DNA of 63,995 nucleotides, the filler included, from Folioceros fuciformis (taxonomy: Eukaryota), in the NCBI GenBank assembly GCA_049999805.1. It is 5 parts of 4 records of this genome, joined end to end, with 100 filler letters (N's around TTAATTAATTAA, not from the genome) between each part and the next. Parts side by side here need not be neighbours in the genome. Positions count along the whole stretch, not along the records: positions 62,347 to 63,995 come from JBNGIO010004654.1; 4 more parts are not named here. One strand, 5' to 3'. The notes beneath the pieces are model-generated. The model was not told the DNA's origin and did not search any database. It saw nothing but the letters and a program-made list of their open reading frames with translations. Positions 62,347 through 63,995 of the stretch are shown in pieces (position 1 is the stretch's first letter; each line of letters begins with the position of its first letter). The position numbers were made by a program, and so were the translations under genes.

Positions 62347-63314
62347 GTTGCCATTGCAGCGGAAGAAGTGTGTTAATACCTGCCCTGTTGTGCCTGTAGG
62401 TGGACTGTGAGAATTATGATCCTTACAACGCCAGCTATAGCAACAACCTTCTAGGTATTTTGGCACCACTTGGTTGGTTATTTAGTAACCTGCATGGTTA
62501 TCAAGCTTCACATGAAGCCAATTCATCACCAACAGACGTGACCTTCTCTGGTAGGTATGTCTCGTGGCTCCAAACGATGCAAAGTTCAAGTTTTATCGTT
62601 CCAATTTTCGGGTGGTGGAGGCGTCTGTGGCCTCCGAACATGTAGGGTTTCCTCTCTCGGTTGCTGCAGGCTCTCAAGCATACAGATTACAGCATCGATC
62701 CTTTCACTGATCTCATTGAAGCAATGAACCATGGCTTTGGGATTGATATAGGGAGGCACATCTCCTTGCCTGGGCAAGGTAAGGCTGTGTTGTTCCCATG
62801 CTGCAATTTTGTTGTTAGGATTCTCCCAACGCAGAAACTGTCTCCTTTCACTAAGAATTTCAGAGAGACTTGTCGTGCCTTGTTCCCTAGCATGGGGTAC
62901 CCAATTTCGATGAGTATTGACCCTCCCTTGATCACGCTGTGGAGGCACCCAATTCCTGTGAGAATTGTTATGGGATTGTTCCCTTGGCAGCTGCGAAATA
63001 GGAGGGGCCACGCACCGTGCGGCTCTCCGTCTTCTAGGCATTTTTTAAGTCAGTAGGAGAAGCAAACAGCTAGCACGCGATGCGCAGCATCATAGGCATA
63101 GGCAGATCAGGCATCCAAAGATTATGGACATTCAGAGCCCATACATCTGCCGGCTCTGATACCAAGTGACAAAGCAAAAGTCGTACGAGACTTGCACACC
63201 ATGCTTTTCATAATTGAAGTAGTTAGAAAATACAACAAAAACTGTCTTATGTCTTATACGAAACGTCACAAACCGTATGCCTAATTTAGTGGGCTAGAGT
63301 TGCACTCTTTCACA
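62347..63314 (-). mobile_element. LTR retrotransposon 5' end on the minus strand: LTR ~63167-63314, PBS 63152-63164, internal region running into the gap
   Basis: ggctctgatacca (reverse complement of the tRNA-iMet PBS TGGTATCAGAGCC) lies 2 nt from a TG...CA-bounded ~150-bp segment. Confidence 0.7.
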
Positions 63315-63805
63315 TTCTGGCCATCGCTGTGTGTGATCTCCACAAGGTAGCCATACCCGTTGGGTTCCCATCCCGTGAACGTGACTTCCCCGGCATCCGC
63401 AGCGAGGTGGGGGCGGCCAAGTCGACACCGTTGTGGTGCCTACCCCATCGAGGCCCGAATCTCAAGCTGATCTCCCACACCTAAGCGTCCCCCGCCACGG
63501 ACATGCAACCAGTGGATGCAGCCAGTGCCACCGCCCTACCCTTGTCCAGCACATGCATCACCTTGCTGCAAGCACCGTTGTAGGAATAATGCTACAGGTG
63601 GGGTCTTCTGTCGCGGTCACTGTCCACCTTGAAACTCTGGCTATGGGGTCGCTCTTGGTATGGTCGTGGCTACGCGGAGTGGCAGAGTGCCGGCTTCCAA
63701 CCGCAAAACGACGTCCGCCCGTACAACATCTCGTAGAGCAGAATCCCCAACGCCCACCAATCCACCGCGTGCTTCATCCCAAAGCAAGTCCCCTTCTGGA
63801 CAACT

Positions 63806-63995
63806 TGTTGTAAAAACCCCTAGTTCCTAATCCGAGTTCCTAGTTTGGTTTTGGATAGTTTCAGTTTACTTAGGATTATTAAAGTTACAAGCGGTTATTT
63901 AACCGTCAACTGAATATATATAAATGTTGTTCACGAGAAATAAAAAGTATGAGTTTTTCAAGCAAGAGTTCTGTTTCCGCTCTTGGTATCAGAGC
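63806..63995 (+). mobile_element. LTR (~63806/63809-63982) plus PBS (63984-63995) of another retroelement running off the window
   Basis: A TG-starting AT-rich block with TATATAAA ends in tggtatcagagc. Confidence 0.7.

Overview
Eukaryotic, non-flowering land-plant nuclear DNA. It is gene-dense and fairly GC-rich with ~80-150 nt introns; this, plus a PLS-type PPR gene with elongated 'LL-like' L motifs, suggests a hornwort (Anthoceros-like), which is an inference. The window holds about 16 recognisable genes: long-chain alcohol oxidase, plastid cyclophilin, gamma-COP, PLS/E+ PPR, SRRM1-like 3' part, PTAC16, PEX7, BAHD acyltransferase, Hsp110, MDIS-like pseudokinase, PWI/RRM protein, LRR protein, SEC20, PIG-P, nucleotide-sugar transporter, senescence/spartin protein and a fibrillin-like protein. 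An AT-richer transposon island (~39.0-49.5 kb) contains a Helitron-like 3' end, nested decayed Ty1/copia elements and, interrupting the last copia, a decayed intronless reading frame with the motif order of a prokaryotic-type beta-class N4-cytosine/N6-adenine DNA methyltransferase. That methyltransferase frame is the most notable observation. More LTR ends lie at 62.3-64.0 kb. Four 100-nt gaps carry an artificial TTAATTAATTAA linker, so adjacency across them is not guaranteed. All assignments come from motif recognition by eye; no database search was run.
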